Origin: Trichlorobacter lovleyi SZ
GTDB taxonomy: Bacteria > Desulfobacterota > Desulfuromonadia > Geobacterales > Pseudopelobacteraceae
Assembly: GCF_000020385.1 (NCBI RefSeq)
Contig: NC_010814.1
Coordinates: 360,001-392,000, forward strand
Reading direction: 5' to 3'
DNA: 32,000 nt
Positions within the stretch are counted from its first letter, which is position 1; each line of letters starts with the position of its first letter. Shown one piece after another: positions 18,223 to 26,178 of this stretch. The notes beneath the pieces were generated by a model. It was given only the letters and a program-made list of their open reading frames with translations, was not told where the DNA came from and ran no database searches. The position numbers and the translations under genes were made by a program.

Positions 18223-19575
18223 GTGCGTCAAAAAACCGTTTTCAGTTGCAGCCAGTGTGGCAGCCAGTCTCCCAAGTGGTTGGGTAAATGTCCCGACTGC
18301 GGGGCCTGGAACAGCATGGTGGAGGAACAGCAGCCATCAGCGGCTGCTGCCCGCAGCGGACGTCCTTTGTCGAGCAAAAGTGTTGCCCTGCCGATTGGCG
18401 AGGTGCCGCCTCAGGCCGAGGTGCGGCTTGGTTGCGGTATTGGTGAGCTGGATCGTGTGCTGGGTGGCGGTCTGGTGCCTGGTTCACTGGTGTTGATCGG
18501 CGGCGATCCCGGCATCGGTAAATCAACCCTGCTGCTGCAGGCGATGCATCATTTGGCTGCTGATGGACCGGTACTGTATGTGTCCGGTGAGGAGTCTGCT
18601 GCTCAGACCCGGTTGCGGGGCGAGCGGCTGGGGGTAAGTGGCCGCCAACTACTGGTGCTGGCGGAAAACGGGCTGGAAGAGATCGTGGCCCAGGTGGAGA
18701 AACTCAAGCCGCGGGCCGTGGTGGTGGACTCGATCCAGACCGTCTGGACCCAGGCCCTGGAATCTGCCCCCGGTTCGGTCAGTCAGGTGCGGGAGTCGGC
18801 CGGCCGGTTGATGCTGTTGGCCAAAGGCAGCGGTATCCCGATCTTCATTGTGGGCCATGTTACCAAGGACGGTGCCATTGCCGGCCCCAGGGTGCTGGAA
18901 CATATGGTGGATACGGTGCTGTATTTTGAGGGGGATCGCGGTCACCCCTACCGGATTCTGCGGGCGGTCAAAAACCGCTTTGGCTCCACCAACGAGATCG
19001 GCGTCTTTGAGATGAAGTCCGGCGGCCTGGCCGAGGTGGCCAATCCCTCTGAGCTGTTCCTGTCCGAGCGGCCCCTGGATGCACCCGGTTCGGTGGTAAC
19101 CGCCTCGCTGGAGGGAAGCCGCACGTTGTTGGTGGAGATCCAGGCTCTGGTGACCCCCAGCGCCTATGGTACCCCCCGCCGGACCACCATCGGGGTGGAC
19201 AGCAACCGTCTGGCACTACTGGTGGCGGTGTTGGAGAAAAAGGCAGGGCTGCATCTGGGGGGGCAGGATATCTTTCTGAACGTGGCCGGTGGTGCCCGCC
19301 TGAATGAACCGGCAGCTGATCTGGCCATGCTGCTGGCAGTGGCCTCAAGTCATCTGGATCGCCCGGTAGCAGCCGGTGCCGTGGTGTTTGGTGAGGTAGG
19401 TCTGGCCGGTGAGGTGCGGGCGGTTAATCAACCGGAACCAAGGCTGGGTGAGGCAACGAAACTCGGTTTCAAGCAGTGTATCCTGCCGGCCGGGAACCTC
19501 CGGCGGCTTTCTGACGCGAGCCTGGAGCTGCACGGTGTTGCAACGGTGCAGGAGGTACTGCAGTTCCTGCTGTAA
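18223..19575 (+). CDS. radA: DNA repair protein RadA (Sms)
   Basis: Zinc finger CSQCG...CPDCGAWNS, Walker A GGDPGIGKST, KNRFG motif, Lon-like C-terminal domain. GTG start 7 nt after AGGAGG (18210-18215). Confidence 0.95.
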   Translation: MRQKTVFSCSQCGSQSPKWLGKCPDCGAWNSMVEEQQPSAAAARSGRPLSSKSVALPIGEVPPQAEVRLGCGIGELDRVLGGGLVPGSLVLIGGDPGIGKSTLLLQAMHHLAADGPVLYVSGEESAAQTRLRGERLGVSGRQLLVLAENGLEEIVAQVEKLKPRAVVVDSIQTVWTQALESAPGSVSQVRESAGRLMLLAKGSGIPIFIVGHVTKDGAIAGPRVLEHMVDTVLYFEGDRGHPYRILRAVKNRFGSTNEIGVFEMKSGGLAEVANPSELFLSERPLDAPGSVVTASLEGSRTLLVEIQALVTPSAYGTPRRTTIGVDSNRLALLVAVLEKKAGLHLGGQDIFLNVAGGARLNEPAADLAMLLAVASSHLDRPVAAGAVVFGEVGLAGEVRAVNQPEPRLGEATKLGFKQCILPAGNLRRLSDASLELHGVATVQEVLQFLL

Positions 19576-19650
19576 CGTACTTTTTACTGGACTTGGGCAT
19601 CCAAAGCACTTAAAATTGGTCAATTATAGCTAATGTAGGTGAGGAGAGCC

Positions 19651-20007
19651 ATGGACGCCGAGAAACTTGAACAATTTCGTCAGCTGCTCCAGGAAGAGAT
19701 GAAGGCGCTGCTGTCAGAAGCGGATAAAACCGTGCAGGAGATGGGGGACGATGCCTCTCATTTTCCCGATCCGACTGATCGGGCTACGCAAGAGTCTGAT
19801 CGTACCTTTGAGCTGCGGATTCGTGACCGTGAGCGCAAGCTGGCCAATAAGGTCCGGGAGGCGCTGGAACGGATTGATGATGGCAGCTACGGTATCTGCG
19901 AGGATTGCGGTGGCGAGATTAGTGAGGCACGCCTGAAGGCGCGTCCGGTAACCACGCAATGCATTGATTGCAAGATTGAGGCAGAAGAAAAGGAAAAACG
20001 GCTCTGA
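19651..20007 (+). CDS. dksA: RNA polymerase-binding transcription factor DksA
   Basis: Coiled-coil tip DPTDRA (DxxDxA) and C4 zinc finger CEDCG...CIDC. I prefer ATG 19651 after GAGGAG to the track's GTG 19639. Confidence 0.9.
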   Translation: MDAEKLEQFRQLLQEEMKALLSEADKTVQEMGDDASHFPDPTDRATQESDRTFELRIRDRERKLANKVREALERIDDGSYGICEDCGGEISEARLKARPVTTQCIDCKIEAEEKEKRL

Positions 20008-20065
20008 TTTAATGTTATGTTCCGGCCACCGGTAGCTTGGTGCTTGTTGTATCGCAGGGTTTCGT

Positions 20066-21475
20066 ATGCCTGACACCACCATCGAGAAATCCTCTGCATC
20101 AGCAACAGAGGCCCTGCAGGCACAGAGGGACCTCCAGCTTTTCTATCTGTTCAGCACGACCCTGCTTTCCACCATGCAGCTTAACAAGCTGCTGCATCTG
20201 ATCCTCTCCGCCCTGGTCTGCGAAGACAACGGTCTGTTTTGCCGGGCCATGCTTTTTCTCTACAATCAGAAGACAGACATGCTGCAGGGGATGCTGGGTA
20301 TCTGCCGCTCGAACACGGATGGTTTTCGGGTAGTCTTCTCTGACCCGGACAACCCTTTGTCAGGGTATTGGGATCTTGATGCAGATGCCATTGCACGGCA
20401 GATGCAGTCCGATTTATGCCTGAAGGTGCGCGAAACAAGGATCGATCTGTCGGAAGGCTGCCGGATCGTATCGCATGTCGTTGAAAACAAGAGGCTTTAT
20501 CGCATTAATGATGTGGAGTGCCTCAACTGCCGGGACTGCGATTTTATCAGCCGCTTCGGGATCAGCTCCTTTGTTGCAGTGCCGTTGGTCACCCGTAATA
20601 ATCTGATTGGCGTGATCATTGTGGATAATCCGGTCAAACATCAGCCGATCACCGACCAACAGCTCAAGGTGTTGCAGCTGTTTGCCAATCAGGCCGGCAT
20701 GGCAATCGAAAACACCCGCCTGTACCGTAATCTTGAAGAAACCCATAACGAGCTGCAGGATACCCGGCAACGTCTGGTGCATGGTGCCCATCTGGCAGCA
20801 ATCGGCGAAATGGCCGCTTCGATCTCCCACGAACTGAAGACTCCTCTGATCACCATTGGCGGCTTCGCAGCCCGTCTGGGACGCATGCTGCCGGAAAATA
20901 CACCGCAACGTCATTATCTGGATACCATTATCAGCGAATCTCACCGGCTTGAACGGTTGCTGGGCGATATCCTCGCCTTTTCACGCAAGCCGACCATCTG
21001 CTTTCAGGAGTGTAATCTGCGGGGGGTTGTCAAGGAGTGTCTGGACGACTATGTGGTGTTGCTGGGAGAACGGAAGATTACCCTTGAGACATCTGTCCCG
21101 TCCGGCAGCTGGACCGTGCTTGGCGACAGCAACCAGTTGAAGCAGGTCTGTATCAATCTCCTGGTAAATGCCCAGGAGGCCATGCCGCAGGGTGGCAGGT
21201 TGCAGGTCGGCCTCAGGGCCGGCGGAGATGGTGGCAGGCCCTGTGCCGTTGTCTCAATTACCGACAGTGGCGGCGGCATTCCCGAGGAACTGCAGAGTAA
21301 GATCTTTACCCCGTTTTTTACCACCAAGCGTCATGGTACCGGGCTGGGGCTGGCCATTGTCAACCGGATCGTCCAGAATCACGGCGGCAGCCTGAAGGTT
21401 TTCAACACTGATGACGGGGCGGAGTTTCAGGTCATTCTGCCCCTGGCGCCCTTTGACGACCCGCAGACTGCCTGA
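20066..21475 (+). CDS. GAF-domain sensor histidine kinase (cytoplasmic, Cys-rich GAF)
   Basis: GAF core is FVAVPLVTRNNLIGVIIVDN. H-box SHELKTPLITIGGFA, N-box NLLVNAQEAM, G1 ITDSGGGIP, G2 GTGLGLAI. Confidence 0.9.
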   Translation: MPDTTIEKSSASATEALQAQRDLQLFYLFSTTLLSTMQLNKLLHLILSALVCEDNGLFCRAMLFLYNQKTDMLQGMLGICRSNTDGFRVVFSDPDNPLSGYWDLDADAIARQMQSDLCLKVRETRIDLSEGCRIVSHVVENKRLYRINDVECLNCRDCDFISRFGISSFVAVPLVTRNNLIGVIIVDNPVKHQPITDQQLKVLQLFANQAGMAIENTRLYRNLEETHNELQDTRQRLVHGAHLAAIGEMAASISHELKTPLITIGGFAARLGRMLPENTPQRHYLDTIISESHRLERLLGDILAFSRKPTICFQECNLRGVVKECLDDYVVLLGERKITLETSVPSGSWTVLGDSNQLKQVCINLLVNAQEAMPQGGRLQVGLRAGGDGGRPCAVVSITDSGGGIPEELQSKIFTPFFTTKRHGTGLGLAIVNRIVQNHGGSLKVFNTDDGAEFQVILPLAPFDDPQTA

Positions 21476-21618
21476 ACAAATTCCTGATTCCAGTTTCATT
21501 TCAAGGCGCAATCTTCGTTGCGCTCGTGTTCCGCTCCTCAATGCACTGATCCCGCCCTCTGTCCATTTAGCCGCTCCTGCCTGGCGAGTCGCCTGCGTCT
21601 CCATGGCGGGCGTACCGT

Positions 21619-22323
21619 TTAATCCTTCAACTCGCGTATGATCTCGGTCTGACGCTGGGCAATATATCTGCCGATCAGGTCTTCACTGCGGCGGTCGTGC
21701 TCAAACAGCAGGATACAACGGCAGGGTTTTTCAGTGCTTTCAAAGCGGAGCAGACGGGCCATTACCCGTATTTTTTGGGCCTCCGGCTGGTTTTTCAGGT
21801 CAAAGGACAGATTGAGGTAGAAGTAGGTGAAGTTTCCCAGCAGGCTTTTGTCTGGTACCTCCAGGGCACAGCCACCCAGGGAAAGGTCTTTCAGCTTGGC
21901 AGTAAAGGTGGTGGTACCGGCCTCCATCGGCACCTGGAAGAGGCCGCCGATTTTGACCCGCAGGGTGTTGCGGCGGTCCGGCAACACCTCTACATAGGAA
22001 AACTCAGACAGGGTTATCTCGTCGGTTTCTGCATCGTACTCTGCCGAGGCGTAGACATCATGGCCAAGCCGTGAGGAACGGATAATGGTATGACGGCTGG
22101 CTTTTAAGGCGCGGGTCTGGGTCGGGTTGGAGCGGCAGACCAGAGTATTGCCGAAGAGATAGAGCACTTCGGCCGCTGATGAGATCGGTACTTCCTTGTA
22201 ATGATTGAAAAACTGAAGATCATGGCTTGCTTGCTGGGAAATGCGCAGCAGGAGCTCAAGAATCTCCCCGGGCTCCCCGCGGTCCAGCAGCCGCAACTGC
22301 TCTTCATACTGCATGTTCTCCAT
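21619..22323 (-). CDS. PilZ-domain protein (c-di-GMP receptor type) with an N-terminal YcgR-like domain
   Basis: RRNTLR (RxxxR) followed by DLSLGG (DxSxxG). I prefer ATG 22323 (GGGGGA 5 nt upstream) to the track's TTG at 22371. Confidence 0.8.
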   Translation of the reverse strand: MENMQYEEQLRLLDRGEPGEILELLLRISQQASHDLQFFNHYKEVPISSAAEVLYLFGNTLVCRSNPTQTRALKASRHTIIRSSRLGHDVYASAEYDAETDEITLSEFSYVEVLPDRRNTLRVKIGGLFQVPMEAGTTTFTAKLKDLSLGGCALEVPDKSLLGNFTYFYLNLSFDLKNQPEAQKIRVMARLLRFESTEKPCRCILLFEHDRRSEDLIGRYIAQRQTEIIRELKD

Positions 22324-22440
22324 GTAGATCCCCCTGAACGGTACTGTACCATTCAGCTGTATACCCCGCAAGAGCTGACCACTTGCCTTCGGCCAAAAAT
22401 CATGACAAAGTAGCCCAAAATCAGGATCTCTGGAGTTTTT

Positions 22441-23904
22441 ATGGCGTTACGTCTCTATAACACCCTCAGTGGCGAGAAAGAACCGTTTGTCCCCCGTGTT
22501 GCAGGCAAGGTCGGCATGTACGTCTGCGGTGTCACCGTCTATGATTTCTGTCATATCGGGCATGCCCGGGCCGGTATCGTATTTGACATGATCTACCGCT
22601 ACCTGCGTTTCAGCGGGTATGACGTCACCTATATCCGCAACTATACCGATATTGACGACAAGATCATCAACCGGGCCAATCAGGAAGGGACCGATTACCG
22701 CACCATCGCCGACCGCTATATCGCCACCTTTGATGAAGATATGGATCGTCTGGGGATGCTGCGTCCCACCATTGAACCCAAGGCAACGGACCACATTGAA
22801 GACATTATCAGCATTATTCAGCGTCTGATCGACAATGGCCACGCCTATGCCGTTGACGGTGATGTCTATTTTGCCGTAGAGACCTTTCCCGCCTACCTGA
22901 AGCTTTCCGGTCGCAACCTCGATGACATGCTGGCAGGGGCCAGGGTCGATGTTGATGAGCGCAAGCGCAACCCGATGGATTTCGCGCTCTGGAAGGGGTC
23001 CAAACCGGGTGAGCCCTGGTGGGAATCTCCCTGGGGCAAGGGACGGCCCGGCTGGCATATTGAGTGTTCCGCCATGAGTATGCGTTTTCTTGGCCCCTCC
23101 TTTGACATTCACGGTGGCGGCAAGGACCTGGTCTTCCCTCACCATGAAAACGAGATCGCCCAGTCCGAAGGGGCCAATGGCTGCCAGTTTGTCAAATACT
23201 GGTTGCACAACGGCTTCGTCAATATCAACAGCGAGAAGATGAGCAAATCACTGGGGAACTTCTTTACCATCCGTGAGGTGCTGGAGCTGTTTGATCCCGA
23301 GACACTGCGTTTCTTTATCCTGCAGGCCCACTACCGTTCTCCGCTGGATTACTCTGACCAGAACCTGCGGGAGGCTCAGGCCGGCCTTTCCCGGATCTAT
23401 GAGGCCCTGGCCGCATTGGACCAGGCACTGGAAAAACCTGCAACCGCAATCCATCTGCCTGCTTCGGCAGCAGAGTTTGCTGAAAAGGTTGCCGGTCTGT
23501 TGCCCCGCTTTAGAGAGGCGATGGATGACGACTTCAACACTGCCCAGGCCCTGGGAACTCTTTTTGATAGTATCCGTACCTTAAACCGCCTGTTGGCGGA
23601 AGGCGGCGGCAGCAGCAGCGCTTCCCGCGCCGACCTTGAACAACTACGGGCAGCTGTAACGGAGATCGGTGCGGTGCTGGGCCTGTTCCGGATCAAACCG
23701 TCTGACTGGCTGGCGGCCCGTGAGGCCGAGAAGGCCCGGCATCTGGAGATCAGCCCTGAAGAGATTGAAGGCCTGATCGTGGAACGGGCTGCTGCCCGGA
23801 AGAACAAGGATTTTAAACGCAGTGACGAGATCAGGGACTATCTGCTGTCGCGGGATATCCAACTGGTTGATACACCACAGGGGACGGCCTGGAAGGTGAA
23901 GTAG
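22441..23904 (+). CDS. cysS: Cysteine--tRNA ligase
   Basis: CHIGHARA (HIGH) and KMSKS motifs, WPGWHIEC zinc-site region, 487 aa. Confidence 0.97.
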   Translation: MALRLYNTLSGEKEPFVPRVAGKVGMYVCGVTVYDFCHIGHARAGIVFDMIYRYLRFSGYDVTYIRNYTDIDDKIINRANQEGTDYRTIADRYIATFDEDMDRLGMLRPTIEPKATDHIEDIISIIQRLIDNGHAYAVDGDVYFAVETFPAYLKLSGRNLDDMLAGARVDVDERKRNPMDFALWKGSKPGEPWWESPWGKGRPGWHIECSAMSMRFLGPSFDIHGGGKDLVFPHHENEIAQSEGANGCQFVKYWLHNGFVNINSEKMSKSLGNFFTIREVLELFDPETLRFFILQAHYRSPLDYSDQNLREAQAGLSRIYEALAALDQALEKPATAIHLPASAAEFAEKVAGLLPRFREAMDDDFNTAQALGTLFDSIRTLNRLLAEGGGSSSASRADLEQLRAAVTEIGAVLGLFRIKPSDWLAAREAEKARHLEISPEEIEGLIVERAAARKNKDFKRSDEIRDYLLSRDIQLVDTPQGTAWKVK

Positions 23905-23961
23905 GACGAAGCCGGCAAAAAAGGCGGTCCAGGGTAAAAAGACGATTATTTCCCGCACGCC

Positions 23962-23996
23962 TTGACCCTTGACCCTGTGCATTCCCGTGGTATGCT
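23962..23996 (+). promoter_or_regulatory. Candidate sigma70 promoter of the second GAF kinase, with a tandem CTTGACC heptamer supplying the -35
   Basis: TTGACC occurs at 23962-23967 and 23969-23974. From the second copy, 16 nt leads to TATGCT (23991-23996), preceded by TG (23988-23989). GGAG SD at 24004-24007. Confidence 0.4.
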
Positions 23997-24015
23997 TGGT
24001 GCCGGAGCCAGCTAA

Positions 24016-25677
24016 ATGGAGATTACCGCGATAACAGAATGGGAATGCTGCTGGGATCGGGACAGCATTGTCATGGGCGACTGTCCCAATATTGGCGAAG
24101 GAGATGAAGACCTCCTCTCGTCACGCAGTCGCCGTATCCTTGAGAAATGCTGCGAATGTGAGAAGTTTAGACGTGATCTGGCCCGCTTCCGCGACAGCGG
24201 CCACCCGCTGGCCCCGATTTTTTCCATCCTGCATGCAGACTACCGCCGCCAGAAAAACCAGATCCAGTCTCTGGCCAACTTCCTTGATACCAAAACCCTT
24301 GAAGTCCGCTTCCTGCATGAACTGGGGTCGGTACTGCAAAGTTCGGTTGATCTGGATGAGGTTCTGTCTGTGGCCCTGACCGCCATCACGGCCGGTAAAG
24401 GTTTTGGTATGAACCGGGCCTTTCTGCTGCTGGCTGACAAGGAACGCCATATCCTGAAGGGGCACCTTGCCATTGGTCCCCGCTCGGCAGAAGAGGCCGG
24501 TCAGACCTGGCATGAGATTGAGTCAGGCGATCAGGACCTGCAAGGGCTTTCCCAAGAGTTCCGGAAGCATAAGCTGACCGCGGAACGGTACAAGTTTCAT
24601 GATATCCTTGAGCGTCTAATTATCCCGCTTGATGATGAACAGCATATTATCGTACGTGCGCTGGAGGAGCGGAAACCGCTCATGGTCAGCGACGCCTTCC
24701 ACAACCCCGATGTGGACAGCGAGTTCGCCCGCGTCCTGGGCGTGGACACCTTCCTGGTTCTGCCGCTGATCGCTCGTAACCGTCGTGTCGGGGCGATCAT
24801 TGCTGATAACTTCATCACCCACCGGACCATTTCAGAGCAGGATATGCGTTCAATCGAGACCTTCACCTTTCCGGTGGCCTTTGCCATTGAACGTGCCTCG
24901 CTGTATGAGCGGGTTCAGGAAGAGGTGGACAAGCTGCGTCAGGCCAACTCCCGTCTGCAGGAACAGCAGGAACAGCTGGTCAGGATGGAAAAAATGGCGC
25001 TGGTGGGGCGGATCACCTCCAGCATTGCCCATTCCATTCGCAACCCCCTGATGGTGATCGGCGGTTTTGCTCGCAGTATTCTCAAAAATACCCCTGGCAA
25101 TGATCCCAAACGTACCTTTATCGAGTCGATAGTCACCGAGGCCCGCCAACTGGAGGAGGTGCTGGGGGAGATTCTGACCTATTCCGATGCGCTGTTCCCC
25201 TCCTGCGACTTCTGGGACCCCAACCAGTTGGTGGAATCAGCTCTGCGGGACGTGCAGGAGCGGATTGTGACCCAGGACTATTCCTGCCGTTTTCACGCCG
25301 GAGAGCTGCTGCCACCGGTCTATATCGACTACAAGCAGACCACCTACTGCATCCGCAACATCCTGCTCAGCACCATTGACGGCCTGCAGAACGGGTTCAT
25401 CGATATCAGCACCAGGGTAGAGGGGGAGCATGTGGATGTGCGGATCGTGGACCATAACCGGACCTTGTCGGAAGATGAGCTTGAGGCGCTCTTGACCCCT
25501 TTTACCGAAACCTGTGAGATGGGATCAGGTCTGAACATGGCATTAAGCCGCAGTATGCTGGACAAACAGAATATTCCCCTGATTGTGGTCGCTCCACCAG
25601 AGGGGGGAGTCACCTACACCATTAAACTTCCCATCCACAAGGAGGAGAAAAACCATGAGCAGATTGCTGGTAGTTGA
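24016..25677 (+). CDS. GAF-domain histidine-kinase-like protein with an N-terminal six-Cys cluster and a degenerate ATP-binding domain
   Basis: Cys at residues 11, 12, 23, 45, 46, 48. GAF core is FLVLPLIARNRRVGAIIADN. H-box SIAHSIRNPLMVIGGFA is retained. Where the upstream kinase has NLLVNA and DSGGG, this protein has NILLST and DHNRT. G2 is partly kept (GSGLNMAL). Confidence 0.85.
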   Translation: MEITAITEWECCWDRDSIVMGDCPNIGEGDEDLLSSRSRRILEKCCECEKFRRDLARFRDSGHPLAPIFSILHADYRRQKNQIQSLANFLDTKTLEVRFLHELGSVLQSSVDLDEVLSVALTAITAGKGFGMNRAFLLLADKERHILKGHLAIGPRSAEEAGQTWHEIESGDQDLQGLSQEFRKHKLTAERYKFHDILERLIIPLDDEQHIIVRALEERKPLMVSDAFHNPDVDSEFARVLGVDTFLVLPLIARNRRVGAIIADNFITHRTISEQDMRSIETFTFPVAFAIERASLYERVQEEVDKLRQANSRLQEQQEQLVRMEKMALVGRITSSIAHSIRNPLMVIGGFARSILKNTPGNDPKRTFIESIVTEARQLEEVLGEILTYSDALFPSCDFWDPNQLVESALRDVQERIVTQDYSCRFHAGELLPPVYIDYKQTTYCIRNILLSTIDGLQNGFIDISTRVEGEHVDVRIVDHNRTLSEDELEALLTPFTETCEMGSGLNMALSRSMLDKQNIPLIVVAPPEGGVTYTIKLPIHKEEKNHEQIAGS

Positions 25678-26035
25678 CGACGAGGCCAATATCCGGCTGC
25701 TCTACAGCGAAGAGCTATCAGATGAAGGTTATAGTGTTGAGACCGCTGCCACCATTGCCGAGGCTGTTGAGAAGCTGGAACAGCAGGCCTTTGACCTGGC
25801 AGTACTGGATATCAAGCTGAAGAATGAGAGCGGCATCGAACTGTTACAGAAGATCGTCAAGGAACGTCATGATATGCCGGTGATCCTCTGCTCGGCCTTT
25901 TCCTGCTACAAGGATGACTTTTCGGCCTGGCTGGCAGACAGCTACGTGGTCAAGTCAGGCGACATGACTGAGCTGAAAGAGGAGATCAAGCGGGTGTTGG
26001 CCAAAAAGGCTCAGCGCCGGGCGGCGGGGATGTAG
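25655..26035 (+). CDS. Stand-alone response-regulator receiver (CheY-like, no output domain)
   Basis: VVDDE acidic pocket, phospho-acceptor context LAVLDIKL, conserved S (LCSAF) and K (VVKS). AAGGAGGAG SD at 25640-25648. ATG 25655 overlaps the kinase gene by 23 nt. The track start at 25583 is an out-of-context extension. Confidence 0.9.
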   Translation: MSRLLVVDDEANIRLLYSEELSDEGYSVETAATIAEAVEKLEQQAFDLAVLDIKLKNESGIELLQKIVKERHDMPVILCSAFSCYKDDFSAWLADSYVVKSGDMTELKEEIKRVLAKKAQRRAAGM

Positions 26036-26178
26036 TGCGGGTTCCGGCTCCACGGCGTCCTGATCGCGTGCGCCCGCGCCACGGTTTCCGCTGTCTGGCG
26101 GGTATCCCTGAGCTGAAATCTGCATGTGCTGAACAATGAAATCTATGAGTTTGTTACCTTAAGGAGGAGGCATATTTC

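Noticed and set aside
21506-21523. Hairpin GCGCAA-tcttcg-TTGCGC between the convergent kinase and PilZ genes, as a terminator
   Set aside because: The stem is only 6 bp and no convincing U-tract follows on either strand. I do not call it a terminator.
21601-21618. Short GC-rich motif shared between intergenic regions. GGCGTACCGT at 21609-21618 is the exact reverse complement of ACGGTACGCC at 30943-30952, with ATGGCG/CGCCAT nearby in both. GGTACGCC also occurs at 7829-7836, and CAATCTTCG occurs at both 21509-21517 and 30911-30919.
   Set aside because: The shared pieces are not collinear between copies; their order and orientation differ. A 9-10-mer match among about 1.5 kb of GC-rich intergenic DNA is close to chance expectation. 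A genome-wide count of the motif would settle whether it is a dispersed REP-like element.
23988-24002. Sigma54-like element TGGTATGCTTGGTGC with correct GG-N10-GC spacing, upstream of the second GAF kinase
   Set aside because: Transcription from it would start about 3 nt before the ATG and would exclude the GGAG SD at 24004-24007. The same bases form a good extended -10 sigma70 promoter with TTGACC at the -35. No enhancer-binding-protein gene is nearby.
26036-26113. GC-rich 5' half of the receiver/nucleotidyltransferase intergenic region, as a possible structured RNA or riboswitch
   Set aside because: I could find only short 4-5 bp stems such as CCGC-tgtctg-GCGG. Nothing resembled riboswitch cores I know, such as GEMM-I.
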